This document shows positions 10,778 through 20,078 of a DNA stretch of 37,884 bases, one piece after another. The translations under genes were made by a program, and so were the position numbers. Origin of the DNA: a virus (Duplodnaviria > Heunggongvirae > Uroviricota > Caudoviricetes); the IMG/VR virus record IMGVR_UViG_2654587996_000006, one strand, 5' to 3'. Under the pieces are notes generated by a model. The model was not told the DNA's origin, did not search any database, and saw only the letters and a list, made by a program, of their open reading frames with translations. The number at the start of each line of letters is the position of its first letter. Within the stretch, counting starts at the first letter, position 1.

Positions 10778-10792
10778 TTGGTTTGGGAGAAG
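10778..10792. repeat. left inversion crossover site (inverted repeat TTGGTTTGGGAGAAG)
   Basis: 15-bp perfect inverted copy of 12625-12639; both copies encode GLGE in frame. Confidence 0.7.
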
Positions 10793-11127
10793 CGGCAAAA
10801 CGAAATGTGGGAACAGGGGAAAATCAGATACCAGATATGTCTGCATTCCCATCTGGCAAAAACTGGTTTCAGTTACCAAGTGGTCATATTGTCCAAATGT
10901 TTTCGATGAATGTTTATGGGGCGGACACTAACGGAACTACTGGTAATTTCCCTATTGCATTTCCTTCAGGTGCACTTGCTGTTAGTGCCTTATGGTCTGA
11001 TGGCACATTAACGGCTGCTCCGACCTTTAAACTTATGGGGTACACGACAACAAGGACATCAGTAACCTTAAAAGTATCAACCGGAAATGGTTTGTATGGA
11101 ACTATGATTATTGCAATAGGAAGATAA
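10793..11127 (+). CDS. alternative tail-fibre C-terminal segment (silent in this orientation, no start of its own)
   Basis: The open frame continues in frame from the crossover site (...VGLGE|AAKRNVG...); after inversion it would fuse to the constant N-terminal part of H. Confidence 0.55.
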
Positions 11128-11128
11128 T

Positions 11129-11572
11129 ATGAATCAATATATTTATTCCCCTTCGGAAAATGCATTTTATGCTGTTAATTTAAAAAATACTTATGAAGTA
11201 AATGGAACATGGCCCGCTGATGCATTAGATATTCCTGATAACATTTCTGTAAAATATATGGCGAAACCGCCACAAGGGAAAATCCGAGTTGCAGGGGTAA
11301 ATGGTTTTCCCACATGGGCTGAAATACCTCAACCATCACATGAAGAACTTATTCAACAGGCAGAATCAGAAAGACAATTATTGCTTAATCAGGCCAACGA
11401 ACACATGAACAGTAAGCAATGGCCAGGTAAAGCCGCTATTGGTCGTCTGAAAGGTGAGGAACTGGCGCAATATAATTTGTGGTTGGATTATCTGGACGCA
11501 CTGGAACTGGTCGATACTTCCAGTGCTCCAGATATTGAATGGCCTACGCCTCCGGCAGTTCAGGCCAGATGA
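11129..11572 (+). CDS. alternative tail-fibre assembly chaperone (Tfa/U')
   Basis: 147 aa; C-terminal ...LWLDYLDALELVDTSSAPDIEWPTPP matches the conserved C-terminus of G (...LDYIDAVTVTDTSTAPDVIWPELP). Confidence 0.75.
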   Translation: MNQYIYSPSENAFYAVNLKNTYEVNGTWPADALDIPDNISVKYMAKPPQGKIRVAGVNGFPTWAEIPQPSHEELIQQAESERQLLLNQANEHMNSKQWPGKAAIGRLKGEELAQYNLWLDYLDALELVDTSSAPDIEWPTPPAVQAR

Positions 11573-12146
11573 CATCCGGCGCGGTGCTGGTATCTGTTAC
11601 CGTCACCGCGTCAATGTAATCCAGCACGGCGTTAAGTCGGGTTGTTTCTGCCTGCGTCAACTTCCGTCCGGCCTGCAATTTCAGTTGAATCAGACTAATG
11701 GAAGCCATTGCAGTATCAATCAGTGACTGACGTTGTGCTTCTGCCGCGTCTACTGCGGCGCTATGCTGTGCCTCGGTATCCGTCACCCATTTCTCACCAT
11801 CCCATTTATCGTATGGCGTTAACGGGGCGATAGTGGTTGTTTTTTCGGGGTAATCACCCGGAGTTGTGATTTCTTTGGCGTCTCCCGTTTCGGTGTTATA
11901 GACGATTTCACCGCGATGGTCTGGCACATATTCCCATGAGTTTAAATCCATCGAACGGCAGATAGCATAACCCGCCTTATGTGTGCCAGGGGCATCTAAA
12001 CAGGAATATGCAGGGATACCGACGCCAACAGCAAGATATTCATTTGAAGTGGAAATATATTCTCGAGTTTCACCATCATAGTTATAGACGGTAATATTCC
12101 CTGCTTTGGTGGCGATAATCTCGCTATTTAATATGGCGTTATCCAT
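11544..12146 (-). CDS. G: tail-fibre assembly protein G
   Basis: 200 aa, start overlaps the H stop (TAATG); conserved Tfa C-terminal motif. Confidence 0.85.
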   Translation of the reverse strand: MDNAILNSEIIATKAGNITVYNYDGETREYISTSNEYLAVGVGIPAYSCLDAPGTHKAGYAICRSMDLNSWEYVPDHRGEIVYNTETGDAKEITTPGDYPEKTTTIAPLTPYDKWDGEKWVTDTEAQHSAAVDAAEAQRQSLIDTAMASISLIQLKLQAGRKLTQAETTRLNAVLDYIDAVTVTDTSTAPDVIWPELPEA

Positions 12147-13687
12147 TATGCAGCCCTCACAATATAGTTAAATGCAATATTCCTTGGTCGAACCCTAAAA
12201 CCAGCCCCTGCGCCTGCTCCAGTTGGTGGCAATTCGATAGAGGGGTATGCTGTTGCAGGGGAATATAAACCTTCACGGGAATCATAATCAGTCGTCATAT
12301 AGTTAGACGTATTATCAGAAACAGTTTCTGTCGGTCTGGTAACCAGACGATAAGAGCCAGTGGTTGGTGACCTGACCAGACCAAAACTTTCAACCAGAGT
12401 GGCTTTTTGAAAGCTTAATAATCCCCGACCACTGTCAGCTCCACGCCCGTCATCCCAGCCACGAATAAACTCACCACGTAAATCAGGCAATTTATTTGTC
12501 GGATAAGCCTTTGCCAGTTCCGGGTATTCTTCAGCAGAAAAAGCTGCACCGTTGCATTTCAGCCAGCCTGTCGGCGGAGTGGCTGAAGGCCATGGAACAG
12601 GTACACCAACAGGTAATGCCGAACCTTCTCCCAAACCAAGGTATGCGAGAAGACCAGCTACATCCTTTCCACTCAAATTAGTCAGCGTATTGTCCAGCGG
12701 TTGTTTACCTGCCAGCGCATTAAGCATTGTCGTGGCAAAGTTCGGATCATTCCCCAGCGCCGCCGCCAGTTCGTTCAGTGTATCTAGGGCCGCAGGTGCA
12801 GAACCCACCATTCCTGCAATCGCCGATTTCACAAAAGCCGTAGTGGCAATCTGTGTATTGTTGACCGACTGCGCCGCCGTGGGGGCTGTTGGCGTTCCGG
12901 TGAGTGCCGGACTCGACAGCGGCGCTTTCAGTGCCAGCGCATTGTTAATGGTGGTACTGAATTTCGGATCATTGTTAATGGCTACGGCTATTTCTTTCAG
13001 CGTGTCCAGCGTGGCTGGCGCACCATTAATAAGAGCCGTCAGTGCCGCCTGAACAAATGCGGTGGTCGCAAGCTGCGTGGTATTATTCCCCGCCGCTGGC
13101 GTTGGCGCTTTGGGGGTTCCGGTAAACGTCGGACTTTCTTTGGGTGCATACTGTGAATGCGGGTCCGGTGCGGCAAGATGTTTTGCCATCAGGTCATCCA
13201 CGTACACCTTCAGCTCCAGTGCCTTGTCATCCACATACTTGCGGGTTGCCAGCACTACAGCAGGGTCGATTTTCAGGGTGATATTGTCCGTACTGCTGGT
13301 AATCAGCACCATGCGCACGGTCTGGGTGCGCCCGCTGCCTTCAGCCAGTTGCGGCTTATAGCTTTCCGGGCAGTTGCCCACGGCAATCAATGCCCCGGAC
13401 TCATCAAACAGGCCCACTTCACGTATCCACCAACCGCCCTCGTTTTCAGGGATCACCTGTTCAGCAATAATCTGGCTGCTGTTCTGCGGGTCGATATAAA
13501 GCATATTCAGCGCAGCCCGGCGTTTCTCATTTACCAGTGCCGTCTGCTTTGCGTCCGGCGTTGGCAATACTCCGCCGCCATCGCCCACCGCCATATGGGT
13601 AATTTTTAGCGGCACACCGAGCGCGGCGGCGCTGGCAAGTTTCGCCGCGCCAATATCCGTCAGCAGGGTATAAAATTTTGTGCTCAT
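12146..13687 (-). CDS. H: tail fibre protein H (constant N-terminus plus currently expressed variable C-terminus)
   Basis: 513 aa; Ala/Thr-rich repeats (TTAFVxxA, NDPxF) typical of tail fibres; the inversion crossover site lies inside the gene at 12625-12639. Confidence 0.9.
   Translation of the reverse strand: MSTKFYTLLTDIGAAKLASAAALGVPLKITHMAVGDGGGVLPTPDAKQTALVNEKRRAALNMLYIDPQNSSQIIAEQVIPENEGGWWIREVGLFDESGALIAVGNCPESYKPQLAEGSGRTQTVRMVLITSSTDNITLKIDPAVVLATRKYVDDKALELKVYVDDLMAKHLAAPDPHSQYAPKESPTFTGTPKAPTPAAGNNTTQLATTAFVQAALTALINGAPATLDTLKEIAVAINNDPKFSTTINNALALKAPLSSPALTGTPTAPTAAQSVNNTQIATTAFVKSAIAGMVGSAPAALDTLNELAAALGNDPNFATTMLNALAGKQPLDNTLTNLSGKDVAGLLAYLGLGEGSALPVGVPVPWPSATPPTGWLKCNGAAFSAEEYPELAKAYPTNKLPDLRGEFIRGWDDGRGADSGRGLLSFQKATLVESFGLVRSPTTGSYRLVTRPTETVSDNTSNYMTTDYDSREGLYSPATAYPSIELPPTGAGAGAGFRVRPRNIAFNYIVRAA
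12625..12639. repeat. right inversion crossover site inside H
   Basis: CTTCTCCCAAACCAA is the reverse complement of 10778-10792. Confidence 0.7.
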
Positions 13688-14289
13688 GGATTCACTCTCA
13701 TTGTGTCAATAACATGGACCGCCCCGCCTTCATGCGCGGTGCCACCGGAAATAATCGTTTCGTTGATATACGGATAGATCGTGATTTCTTCGCCAAGATA
13801 GCTGGCGGCTCCCACCCAATGCGGGCCGCTGGTCTGCAGATTGATGGACATGCCGATCATGTGGCGGCTACATGGTTTGGCATCGCTTATCAGTCGCTCA
13901 AGTTCCAGATAGGTATCTTCAGTGATGCCCTGGTCCTGCACGCCGATATCCAGGCGAAACGTGCCCGGTGCCTCTCCGGTCTGCCACCACTCAATAATGC
14001 GGATCAGAAAGCCGAACGGCTCCACCACCCGCCGCACGGCACTGGTGGTCCCTTTATGCTGATGAATATAAAAAGCATCCTTCACCACCTGGCGTTTGAC
14101 GCTTTCTGTCCAGCCCTCGTCCCAGCGATCCACAGAGAACGCCCAGGCGAGATAAGGCAGGAAACTGACCGGACAGGTTGCCGGATTCCACAAGTCACGC
14201 AGCGGCACCTGCAGATCAGAAATCCCGCTGCAGGTTTGCGCCAGTCGGCGCTCCAGTGGTGTTGAACCCGGTGGCAGCAGACTATTCAT
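13684..14289 (-). CDS. I: baseplate assembly protein I
   Basis: 201 aa; P2 gpI-like, between J and H. Confidence 0.8.
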   Translation of the reverse strand: MNSLLPPGSTPLERRLAQTCSGISDLQVPLRDLWNPATCPVSFLPYLAWAFSVDRWDEGWTESVKRQVVKDAFYIHQHKGTTSAVRRVVEPFGFLIRIIEWWQTGEAPGTFRLDIGVQDQGITEDTYLELERLISDAKPCSRHMIGMSINLQTSGPHWVGAASYLGEEITIYPYINETIISGGTAHEGGAVHVIDTMRVNP

Positions 14290-15190
14290 CCGTTCCTCCG
14301 TTGGTTACGCTCCACTGCGTACATGATGCCGCCTGTGTTTTGTTCAGGACCACATCCGCCAGAGGAGAAGCCAGCTCCACACGCTGCACACCCTCAACAT
14401 GCAGGGCGGCAAAGATGGCGCTACGGCGAATATCCCGACCAAGACGCGTCTGACTGGCGATGTACTTCTGCAGGCTGGCTTTTGCCGCTGCCATTACCGG
14501 CTCTGCTTCCGGTCCAGGATAGAGAAAAATGGTGGCTTCCACGCGATACGGGATGATTTCTGCGCTGCGAACCGTAAGACGGTCAGCCACCGGGCGGACG
14601 TTCTCACTGTTCAGAGCTTTTTCCACCACGTCCAGCAGGTCTTTTTCTGCAGTTCCATCGCCTTCGCGGCTAAGGACAGTCAGCACCACCTCTGCAGGTG
14701 CCGGGCTGGTTGCACTGGCATCCGCCACCCGACCGTCGGCGCTTCGGGCATGAAATTCATAAGCTGCAGTTGGCCCCGCAACTGAAAGCCCTTCAAAGGC
14801 TGCAGGCACACGCAGGCGTAACGCTTCATCGCTTTCCATCACAGCTGCAACGGGCGGCACAGCGTCATTATCAGCAGGCGTCACCGTCAGGCGTTTCACG
14901 TTGTAGTTGGCAGCGAGCTGGTCAAGATCGCTGCCCATCGCGTAAGCCACCATCACAGCCTGCGCGGCTTCGTTAATGCGCTGGCGCAGAAGCAACTCAC
15001 GGTAAGCGTTCTCCTGCAGCAATTTGGTGACGGGTTCAGATTCCAGTTCCAGAGTGCGGATCACTGCTTCCTGCTCATCTTTCGGATGAAGCGCAACAAA
15101 TTCGGCCTTGCGTTCGGCAAGCAGCGTCTCAAAGTCCGGCACATCGACAATCTGCGGCGCAGGCAACTGCGAAAGGTCAATCACTGCCAT
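14282..15190 (-). CDS. J: baseplate assembly protein J
   Basis: ORF 14282-15229; likely start at MAVIDLSQLP (15190), giving about 302 aa as in P2 J. Confidence 0.8.
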   Translation of the reverse strand: MAVIDLSQLPAPQIVDVPDFETLLAERKAEFVALHPKDEQEAVIRTLELESEPVTKLLQENAYRELLLRQRINEAAQAVMVAYAMGSDLDQLAANYNVKRLTVTPADNDAVPPVAAVMESDEALRLRVPAAFEGLSVAGPTAAYEFHARSADGRVADASATSPAPAEVVLTVLSREGDGTAEKDLLDVVEKALNSENVRPVADRLTVRSAEIIPYRVEATIFLYPGPEAEPVMAAAKASLQKYIASQTRLGRDIRRSAIFAALHVEGVQRVELASPLADVVLNKTQAASCTQWSVTNGGTDE

Positions 15191-15536
15191 TCTCTGCTCC
15201 TGTTGATACGGAAAGGGAAACAGGCACACCGTTATTACGCCGCCCGGTCAGCCCCACCACCATTGAACCGTCAAAATTGCTTTTAATGGTGATGGAATCC
15301 AGCGTCAGCCGTGGCTCCCAGCGACTCAGCGCCACATAAACTGCCGACATGACCTGCAGGCGTAATGCCGGATTTTGTGGCTGGTCTATCAGTGTCGACA
15401 GCAGGGAACCATATTCACGACGGGCAATGCGGCTACCCTGCGGTGTCAGTAGAATGTCCCGCACCGACTGACGCAGATGGTCAATATCAGTAATGGCTTT
15501 ACCGCTGGTATTGTTCATCCCGATATAAAGCGTCAT
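15177..15536 (-). CDS. W: baseplate protein W
   Basis: 119 aa; P2 gpW-like, between V and J. Confidence 0.8.
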   Translation of the reverse strand: MTLYIGMNNTSGKAITDIDHLRQSVRDILLTPQGSRIARREYGSLLSTLIDQPQNPALRLQVMSAVYVALSRWEPRLTLDSITIKSNFDGSMVVGLTGRRNNGVPVSLSVSTGAENGSD

Positions 15537-16111
15537 ACCGGGCCTCCGGTTGTATCGCCGCCTTTCAGGACGCCAGTATGCTGATGCGCATCAACCACGA
15601 TCCCGTTAGAACTCATCGCTCCGCCGCCCTGGGTAACGCCACCATTGATCACCACTTCGCTGTTAATGCGCGTGCGGTCAGCCTCCAGTACAAACTCACT
15701 GGTTTTCATGGTGATGTTGTCAGCGGCCTCAATGACCATTGATTTGATGCCCCTGACATACCAGCGCCCGGTGGCGGGTTCGTATTCAAACCAGCCACCG
15801 TCAGGATGTTCTGTCACGCAGGCGTCCGCCGACGTCGACGGTGGTGCGAACTGATTCGAATAGACAGCGGGCAGCGCAAAGGCGGTCTCCAGATTGCCGC
15901 CCAGACTCAGCAGCACCACCTGCTCACCTTCCGATGGTTTCCACCATGTGCGGGCATTACCCGCGCGCAGCGTCAGCCAGTTAATCCAGTTGGTTTCAAG
16001 GTCGCCCGTTTTCACCCGACAAAGCCAGTTTTCCCGGTCCACTTCGGTGACTACCCCAGTGCGGATCAGGTTGGTGATAAGGCGCATGATTTCGGTTAAT
16101 TGTGCGTTCAT
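15533..16111 (-). CDS. V: baseplate spike protein V
   Basis: 192 aa; first gene of the V-W-J-I-H-G operon. Confidence 0.8.
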   Translation of the reverse strand: MNAQLTEIMRLITNLIRTGVVTEVDRENWLCRVKTGDLETNWINWLTLRAGNARTWWKPSEGEQVVLLSLGGNLETAFALPAVYSNQFAPPSTSADACVTEHPDGGWFEYEPATGRWYVRGIKSMVIEAADNITMKTSEFVLEADRTRINSEVVINGGVTQGGGAMSSNGIVVDAHQHTGVLKGGDTTGGPV

Positions 16112-16157
16112 AGGGAAAGGTTGCCATCAGGGGAAGAAAGGCGGCAGTGCTGCAACT

Positions 16158-16175
16158 TGTATCAGTGCTGATACA
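16158..16175 (-). promoter_or_regulatory. Ogr-type late-promoter dyad upstream of V
   Basis: TTGTATCagtgctGATACAAAG centred about 55 bp upstream of the V start codon. Confidence 0.55.
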
Positions 16176-16179
16176 AAGA

Positions 16180-16626
16180 TCACCCCGCCAGCCATTGCAG
16201 AATCATGTCGCGGGTCATTGCCTCAACATCATCATTTACACCCAGCAGGCGGCGCTCTGCGTAACGGACCTCCGGTCCTTTGCGACTGACGCGATCACGC
16301 AGGCCGTAATGGTGAACACGGGCAATACGCTGCACCTTGCCTTCAAACTGTACGCTGGCAGAGTCGGCGCTGGCGGCAGTTTTCAGGTATTTTGTGGTGC
16401 GCAGCTTTGCAAACATCTGACGTTTGATGCGCCCCTTCTTGCTGCGTGCTGTTACCCTGCGCGGTTCATAACTGCTGCCATCAGGATTGCGCTGCATCCT
16501 GATATTCTGCTGCTGTGTCCGGCGCAGTTCCTGCGCCAGCTGGCGCATCATGCGGCTTCTGGCGGCTGGTTCCAGATTCGCCAGCAAGGCACTCAACCAG
16601 TCGTCCACCTTCTGCAATTCAGCCAC
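16180..16626 (-). CDS. S: tail completion protein S
   Basis: 148 aa; P2 gpS-like. Confidence 0.8.
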   Translation of the reverse strand: MAELQKVDDWLSALLANLEPAARSRMMRQLAQELRRTQQQNIRMQRNPDGSSYEPRRVTARSKKGRIKRQMFAKLRTTKYLKTAASADSASVQFEGKVQRIARVHHYGLRDRVSRKGPEVRYAERRLLGVNDDVEAMTRDMILQWLAG

Positions 16627-17071
16627 GTTTCACCGTCCACATTTCTTCAGGTTCATCAGGTTCCGCTACCGCTTCAACGTTCGACACACTGCCGTCAGTG
16701 CTGACCAGCACACGCTCTGTCAGTTGCAGGTTAAGGCTGATATCACAGACATCGTTGCGCAGAATATCCACCTCAAAGGTGAATAACTTTTCCCGTAACG
16801 CCGGGTTATTGATGGCATCGGGCTGGTTATCCCGCAACCACAGCAAAACCGGGGCCATCAGCAGATTCTGGTCGCCGCTGAAATCCTCAATCACTGCGTT
16901 CAGGGTGTAACGGTACTCCCATGACATGGAGCTGGCCCCCGTGGCAACCAGCGAACCGTTATCCACAAACAGATGCAGTTTGTCCGGGTTATTGCGGACA
17001 TAAGGCACCGCTTTATTGAGGGCGTGGCGCAGGGATTGTGGTTTGTTCACTGTTTCGCTCCTGACACGCAA
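16619..17071 (-). CDS. R: tail completion protein R
   Basis: 150 aa; P2 gpR-like; overlaps the lysC 3' end. Confidence 0.8.
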   Translation of the reverse strand: MRVRSETVNKPQSLRHALNKAVPYVRNNPDKLHLFVDNGSLVATGASSMSWEYRYTLNAVIEDFSGDQNLLMAPVLLWLRDNQPDAINNPALREKLFTFEVDILRNDVCDISLNLQLTERVLVSTDGSVSNVEAVAEPDEPEEMWTVKRG

Positions 17072-17303
17072 TAATCATGTCCACTTTGTCTGCACAGACC
17101 GCCCAGGCGGCCTCCGTTTCATCCAGCAATGCGTTCAGATCACCGTTAGTGCGCGGCGCTGTCTGATCCAGCCGACACGGCGTCACTCGCGGACAACCAC
17201 TGACGGTAAGCTGCACCTCCGGTGAGTGCCGGACGTTCCCGCAGCCGGATAATGTCAGCAGGCAAAGGAGTATCAGCCCAGCGGCGTAAATCCTCGTTCT
17301 CAC
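17013..17303 (-). CDS. lysC: outer-membrane spanin lipoprotein (LysC/Rz1-like)
   Basis: 96 aa; signal peptide with lipobox LTLSG-C; begins embedded out of frame in lysB, the classic Rz/Rz1 architecture. Confidence 0.7.
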   Translation of the reverse strand: MRTRIYAAGLILLCLLTLSGCGNVRHSPEVQLTVSGCPRVTPCRLDQTAPRTNGDLNALLDETEAAWAVCADKVDMIIACQERNSEQTTIPAPRPQ

Positions 17304-17574
17304 GTTTCAGTTCCTCGATCCGGCGTTGTCGTTGTCTCAGCTGTGCGCTGGTCTGTTCTGCTTCGGCATAGAGCCGCGCCTGCTCCCGGTTATTGGTTTC
17401 AGTCAGAATGGACAGGCTGATAAGCTGGCTGTTGCTCTTTGCCAGTGCCTGGCTTTTGCTCCGAAGCTCGTCTGCCTGCGTGCTGATGGTCTGGCTGGCA
17501 TCAGCCAGCCGCCACGTCTGCCAGCCCAGCGCCGCCAGTAATAACGCCAGCACAACCAGCAGCAACCGGTTCAT
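17146..17574 (-). CDS. lysB: inner-membrane spanin (LysB/Rz-like)
   Basis: 142 aa; N-terminal TM helix followed by a coiled coil rich in charged residues. Confidence 0.75.
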   Translation of the reverse strand: MNRLLLVVLALLLAALGWQTWRLADASQTISTQADELRSKSQALAKSNSQLISLSILTETNNREQARLYAEAEQTSAQLRQRQRRIEELKRENEDLRRWADTPLPADIIRLRERPALTGGAAYRQWLSASDAVSAGSDSAAH

Positions 17575-17948
17575 GCTGCTACCTGTTGCGCCATCTGATT
17601 ACGGGTGATCCAGAAGGCAATAACGGTCAGTAGATAAAAGACCAGGGTAATAGCCCACCCCGTCCAGGCGAGACTGACGACAATCAGCAATCGCATCATC
17701 CAGCTGATAAATACGTTTTCTTTTCGGGTAATTGTCTTCAGCAAAGATGCCCTCAACTCCTGCCAGAGCGGGCCATTCTTAATTAACGCAGCCAGTGCTA
17801 CCGGAATTACCGCCCATGTCAGCAAACAGGCTACCCAAACGCCGGACGCTGCCAGTACCGGAAAAATCCCCTGCGGATACACCATTGCGGCGATTAACAG
17901 CGCCATCCATAACATCAGAAACAGCCCGCTGATTAATTTCTTTTTCAT
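17571..17948 (-). CDS. lysA: LysA-like lysis-timing membrane protein
   Basis: ORF 17571-18020 trimmed to MKKKLISGL; about 4 TM helices; occupies the P2 lysA position after the endolysin gene. Confidence 0.6.
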   Translation of the reverse strand: MKKKLISGLFLMLWMALLIAAMVYPQGIFPVLAASGVWVACLLTWAVIPVALAALIKNGPLWQELRASLLKTITRKENVFISWMMRLLIVVSLAWTGWAITLVFYLLTVIAFWITRNQMAQQVAA

Positions 17949-17949
17949 T

Positions 17950-18462
17950 TCAGTTTGCTCCCTGTAAACACCAGGCCATCTCCCGCGCACGGCGGTTATC
18001 CAGCCCCTGATTAAACACACCTTTTACATAAACCCAGCGCGGCAACTGTCGGCACGCATCCGCCCAGCGCCGCTGATTGAGTAATTTCACCAGCGTGGAA
18101 CTGCAGGCATTGCCCGTACCCACGTTGAAGGCAAACGACACCGCAGCGTCATACACCTTCTGCGGCGGCTGTTGCTTCACACACCTTTCCAGCGCCCGCT
18201 CCACACGCAGCACGTTGGAGATCAGCCCTTCCGCTGCCTGTCGTTCCGTAATGGTTTTGCCTAGAATGACGCCAGATGTATTACCAATGCCGTCGGTCCA
18301 GACACCCGCGCTGCACTGATACGGCTGCAGACGACAGCCTTCGTAATCGGCAATCAGTTTCAGTCCCTCCACGGAGGTGTGAAGCTGCTGAAAACCCGGC
18401 AGCGTGGCAGCAATAGCCAGCACGGCCCCGACAAGGCAGCGTTTAACGATTGATGGATTCAT
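17950..18462 (-). CDS. K: endolysin (phage lysozyme, gpK)
   Basis: 170 aa with an N-terminal hydrophobic segment; P2 K-like. Confidence 0.8.
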   Translation of the reverse strand: MNPSIVKRCLVGAVLAIAATLPGFQQLHTSVEGLKLIADYEGCRLQPYQCSAGVWTDGIGNTSGVILGKTITERQAAEGLISNVLRVERALERCVKQQPPQKVYDAAVSFAFNVGTGNACSSTLVKLLNQRRWADACRQLPRWVYVKGVFNQGLDNRRAREMAWCLQGAN

Positions 18463-18658
18463 AGTCCTCCCGCGAGATCTGCCCGTCGCGCAGAAGCTGG
18501 TAGGCTTTGTGTTTGTAGTACCAGTTGATAGCCAGCATCAGCACACCAATCATCAGGCCGCCCAGCGTTGAGGCATCCTTGATGGACAAATCGCCCAGCC
18601 AGGCCAGCACAACGGCGATGCAGTACGTGATAAAGGCGCTGATTCGCTCAAGCGTCAT
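18443..18658 (-). CDS. Y: holin
   Basis: 71 aa, two TM helices and a charged C-terminus; directly upstream of the endolysin gene. Confidence 0.6.
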   Translation of the reverse strand: MTLERISAFITYCIAVVLAWLGDLSIKDASTLGGLMIGVLMLAINWYYKHKAYQLLRDGQISREDYESINR

Positions 18659-18661
18659 AAT

Positions 18662-18865
18662 TCAGTCCCATAGCTGGACGGTCTGCACGGTGGTGGTGGG
18701 CGGAATGTCCGGCAGCTCCACCGGCAGCCCGTGAGGTAAAAAGGGGCCATATTCGGCAAGCCCCGGATTTGCCTTCAGTACCTGCTCCGTGACCCCCTGC
18801 GTGCGCCCGTAATGACGCCAGCAAAGCGCGTCCACCGTGTCATACTGATGCGCACGCACTTTCAT
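18662..18865 (-). CDS. X: tail protein X
   Basis: 67 aa, same size as P2 gpX; between L and the holin. Confidence 0.8.
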   Translation of the reverse strand: MKVRAHQYDTVDALCWRHYGRTQGVTEQVLKANPGLAEYGPFLPHGLPVELPDIPPTTTVQTVQLWD

Positions 18866-19392
18866 CAGATAAGCTCCACTGTGCAGTGCGGCGCATCCTG
18901 CACCCGGCTGATGGCCCAGCGGGCGTCACGCCACAAATCACCGCTGGATTCCGCCAGTTCCTCGCCTCGCTTCACACCGGATGCCGTGGCGTCATAGTCC
19001 TGGTATCGTTCGTTGAGCATGGCGCGTGCCCAGCAGTAAACTGCGTTGAAATAGTGCTGAATGCGCTCACTTTTGCCGTCCAGCTGTTCCGCCGGAACCT
19101 CAGCCAGCGACGCATACCCCAGCATCTGCTGACGTCTGCGAAACTCATACAGCTCTGCGTTGACCTCCGAAATTGCCGACAGCGCAACCTGCTTTAAACG
19201 CGGCTGCGTCACCGTGCCGTCAGTGCGCATGACACTGCGAAACTCCGACAGGTCCACATCAGGCCAGAACGGCGTATTTCTGATGATTTCCGCCTGTTCC
19301 GGTGCCTGTTCTGGCGCAACAAACTTCATGCTGCTTTCTCCTGAAATAGAGGGCGGTGGACGGGGTTTTGATGTGGCAGTGCCTTTCGCCAC
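18865..19392 (-). CDS. L: head completion/stabilisation protein L
   Basis: 175 aa; P2 gpL-like; start could alternatively be the internal MKFVAPEQ. Confidence 0.75.
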   Translation of the reverse strand: MAKGTATSKPRPPPSISGESSMKFVAPEQAPEQAEIIRNTPFWPDVDLSEFRSVMRTDGTVTQPRLKQVALSAISEVNAELYEFRRRQQMLGYASLAEVPAEQLDGKSERIQHYFNAVYCWARAMLNERYQDYDATASGVKRGEELAESSGDLWRDARWAISRVQDAPHCTVELI

Positions 19393-19424
19393 CCCGTGCC
19401 GCCCGTGCGCGGGGGCACGTTCTG

Positions 19425-20075
19425 TCAGCGGCTGTCATTGCGCAGTCTGCGCTCCAGCTGCTGTTTGTCTTTTTTCACGCCACAGCGGGGATCGAGCTGT
19501 AACGCATGGTTGAGATGATTAAGGGCGGAAGCCGGGTTGCTTTCACTCAGGACAGCGCCAATCGCTTTATGCAGACGCGCCCGTGACTGGTCCGGCATAT
19601 CCATACCGTCTGTCAGCTCCAGGGTCTGCAGCAACAGATCGGCATCAAAGCCGGTGGCGGCAAGCATTGCGCTCTGGGCTGCATCTGCCATTTCCTCTGC
19701 CAGCACGGTCTGCACGTTGCGGTTACCTAACGGCATCACCCAGCCATGACGCAGGGCGTGACGCCCGATCTCCAGCGCCCCGGCATAATCTCCGGCATCA
19801 ATGCGCCACAGCATCACGTACATCAGCACGTCATCCTGCTGTGCGCCTCCGGCAGTCAGGACACCCTCTGCCCAGGCGGCGTACTTCGGCAGCAGTTCCA
19901 CCTTAATCTCCGCTTTTTTGACCGTGGACTGAACGCCCTTGAGACGGCGGCGGTCTTCCGCCAGTTGCAGCAGCATCAGGTCATAGCCCGACGCGTGGCG
20001 AACGCTGCCGCCCTCACGGGCGGCCTGTTCAGCCTGAACGCGCAGGCGATGCTGCCGTGCGGGACTCAGGCTCAT
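19425..20075 (-). CDS. M: terminase endonuclease (small) subunit M
   Basis: 216 aa; follows N in the P2 order O-N-M-L. Confidence 0.8.
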   Translation of the reverse strand: MSLSPARQHRLRVQAEQAAREGGSVRHASGYDLMLLQLAEDRRRLKGVQSTVKKAEIKVELLPKYAAWAEGVLTAGGAQQDDVLMYVMLWRIDAGDYAGALEIGRHALRHGWVMPLGNRNVQTVLAEEMADAAQSAMLAATGFDADLLLQTLELTDGMDMPDQSRARLHKAIGAVLSESNPASALNHLNHALQLDPRCGVKKDKQQLERRLRNDSR

Positions 20076-20078
20076 GGG

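Larger units (their letters stand above)
10778..12639. mobile_element. invertible tail-fibre host-range segment (G/C/P-segment type)
   Basis: Bounded by 15-bp inverted repeats, adjacent to the invertase gene; carries two convergent sets of tail-fibre C-terminus plus assembly chaperone. Confidence 0.7.

Noticed and set aside
12552-13052. 166-aa plus-strand ORF inside tail-fibre gene H
   Set aside because: Antisense frame of the Ala/Thr-rich fibre gene; low-complexity translation.
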